DNA of 39,677 nucleotides from an uncultured Methanosarcinales archaeon (GTDB lineage: Archaea > Nanobdellota > Nanobdellia > Woesearchaeales > BS150m-G63): positions 1-39,677 of the forward strand of contig CAZVVW010000009.1 in assembly GCA_964630685.1 (NCBI GenBank), given 5' to 3'. The number at the start of each line of letters is the position of its first letter. The first letter of the stretch is position 1. This document shows positions 38,671-39,677 of the stretch, in pieces. The translations under genes were made by a program, and so were the position numbers. The notes beneath the pieces are model-generated. The model was not told where the DNA came from, made no database searches, and worked only from the letters and a program-made list of their open reading frames with translations.

Positions 38671-38774
38671 TTTATTAATACTCAAATTCTTCAAATTTAA
38701 TAAAACTTTCTACAAACTCTTTTAATTAGGAGGTATACAGAAAACTATTTAAACTTTGATTATTCTTTAACTCT

Positions 38775-39376
38775 TAAAAACAGGTGTTTTATGTTGAGCA
38801 TAAAGAAACTACTATTTATTTTACCAATTTTATTTACCATTCCTTCAGCTTTAGCTGTAGAATTGCCAGATGTTTCTGGTTTAATTGGGAGTATTGGTTC
38901 CAATGTTTGGAACATGCTCCAAAATGACATGACTGTTTTCTTTTTCACATTCATATTCTTCTTTATCTTACTTTATGGAATATACGCAGCAGCATTAAGA
39001 AAAGTAAAGGTATTTTCAGAAGGAGATACTCTAAACAGACAAGGAAAATTAGTTGCAGTAGCATTTGCAATGCTTTCTTCTTTTGCAATCTTTTTTGTAA
39101 CAAGAGAGCAAGGAATAAGAGCCTTTCTCAACAATATTTTAGAACCATTAGGATTATTTGCAGGAGTTCTTTTAGGAATTACAGTTTTTTCAATTATTTA
39201 CTTTGGATTTAGAAACCCTTCAGGAGAAAAGAACTGGAAAGCAGCAATGGCTGCAGCAGGTTTAGGTATGATTGTCGCTGGAATGATAACTGACAGCCCA
39301 GGAGCTGTATCTTGGGGATGGTTATTAATAATAATTGCAGCAATCTTTGCTTTAATAGGATTGTTTGGCGGTGGAA
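38775..39376 (+). repeat. 602-bp direct repeat, copy 2
   Basis: Matches 35067-35668; diverges right after GGCGGTGGAA. Confidence 0.95.
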
Positions 39377-39677
39377 GACGTCCAGGACCTACCCCAACAA
39401 CTCCTACAACTCCTACGACTCCACCCCTACCACCAGGAAGTACAAGAGTTCATGGAATCGCCAGAGGTCTAAGAAGGGGAAGGCTTCGTAGACGAATACG
39501 TTTAGCAAATGTAAATATTACAATAGATGGATCAAACACCATAACTAATAATAGGGGGAAATACGAAATAAATGTATCTCAAGGCAATCACATTTTAACA
39601 GCTAATTTGACTGGTCATACAACCTATAATAGTCCACCATTAAACATTACTGGAAGAAGGCACAGACATAATTTTGT
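38791..39677 (+). CDS. Second copy of the membrane module, PT-rich linker, carboxypeptidase-regulatory-like beta-sandwich; runs off the window (not in the ORF track)
   Basis: Same first 195 aa as 35083, then RRPGPTPTTPTTPTTPPLPPGSTRVHGIARGLRRGRLRRRIRLANVNITIDGSNTITNNRGKYEINVSQGNHILTANLTGH...; upstream GAAAACTATTTAAAC promoter-like site at 38740-38754. Confidence 0.85.
   Translation, partial: MLSIKKLLFILPILFTIPSALAVELPDVSGLIGSIGSNVWNMLQNDMTVFFFTFIFFFILLYGIYAAALRKVKVFSEGDTLNRQGKLVAVAFAMLSSFAIFFVTREQGIRAFLNNILEPLGLFAGVLLGITVFSIIYFGFRNPSGEKNWKAAMAAAGLGMIVAGMITDSPGAVSWGWLLIIIAAIFALIGLFGGGRRPGPTPTTPTTPTTPPLPPGSTRVHGIARGLRRGRLRRRIRLANVNITIDGSNTITNNRGKYEINVSQGNHILTANLTGHTTYNSPPLNITGRRHRHNF

Noticed and set aside
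34998..38954. Twin minus-strand ORFs 34998-35246 and 38760-38954
   Set aside because: Antisense shadows that match only because they lie in the 602-bp repeat.
35067..39376. Diversity-generating retroelement TR/VR pair or IS/LTR-like ends
   Set aside because: The copies look identical with no adenine-specific mismatches, are long and N-terminal, and no RT, transposase or terminal inverted repeats are present.

Overview
AT-rich archaeal chromosomal segment, most likely from a DPANN lineage such as Woesearchaeota. This is inferred from archaeal housekeeping genes, BRE/TATA promoters that often give leaderless transcripts, class III signal-peptide proteins, a bacterial-type ThrRS and compact gene packing. 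A 100-N gap at 1636-1735 marks it as a draft assembly. Most of the window is housekeeping: srp54, thrS, tpiA, scpA, pfdA, ftsY, gpmA, an intron-containing tRNA-Pro, rad50, a ROK kinase, gins15-rpl44e-rps27e-aIF2a-nop10-PAC2, eno, IMPase, PRTase, lonB, a DEDDh exonuclease and rpl35ae. Five genes missing from the ORF track were read by hand. Highlights: (1) a 602-bp apparently identical direct repeat (35067-35668 / 38775-39376) puts one multi-pass membrane module onto two unrelated Pro-linked C-terminal tails, bracketing a helical-domain/GT4 fusion, which is a candidate modular swap-tail cassette system; (2) a voltage-sensor-like gene lies head-to-head with a K+ channel gene that has no charged sensor; (3) a minimal protein-glutaminase-like Cys-His-Asp protein; (4) an operon of a Cys-tailed GT2 and two radical SAM enzymes; (5) a half Hel308 helicase, a stand-alone ParB/Srx-like domain and a stand-alone TFIIB zinc ribbon. 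All calls come from motif recognition by eye; no searches were run.
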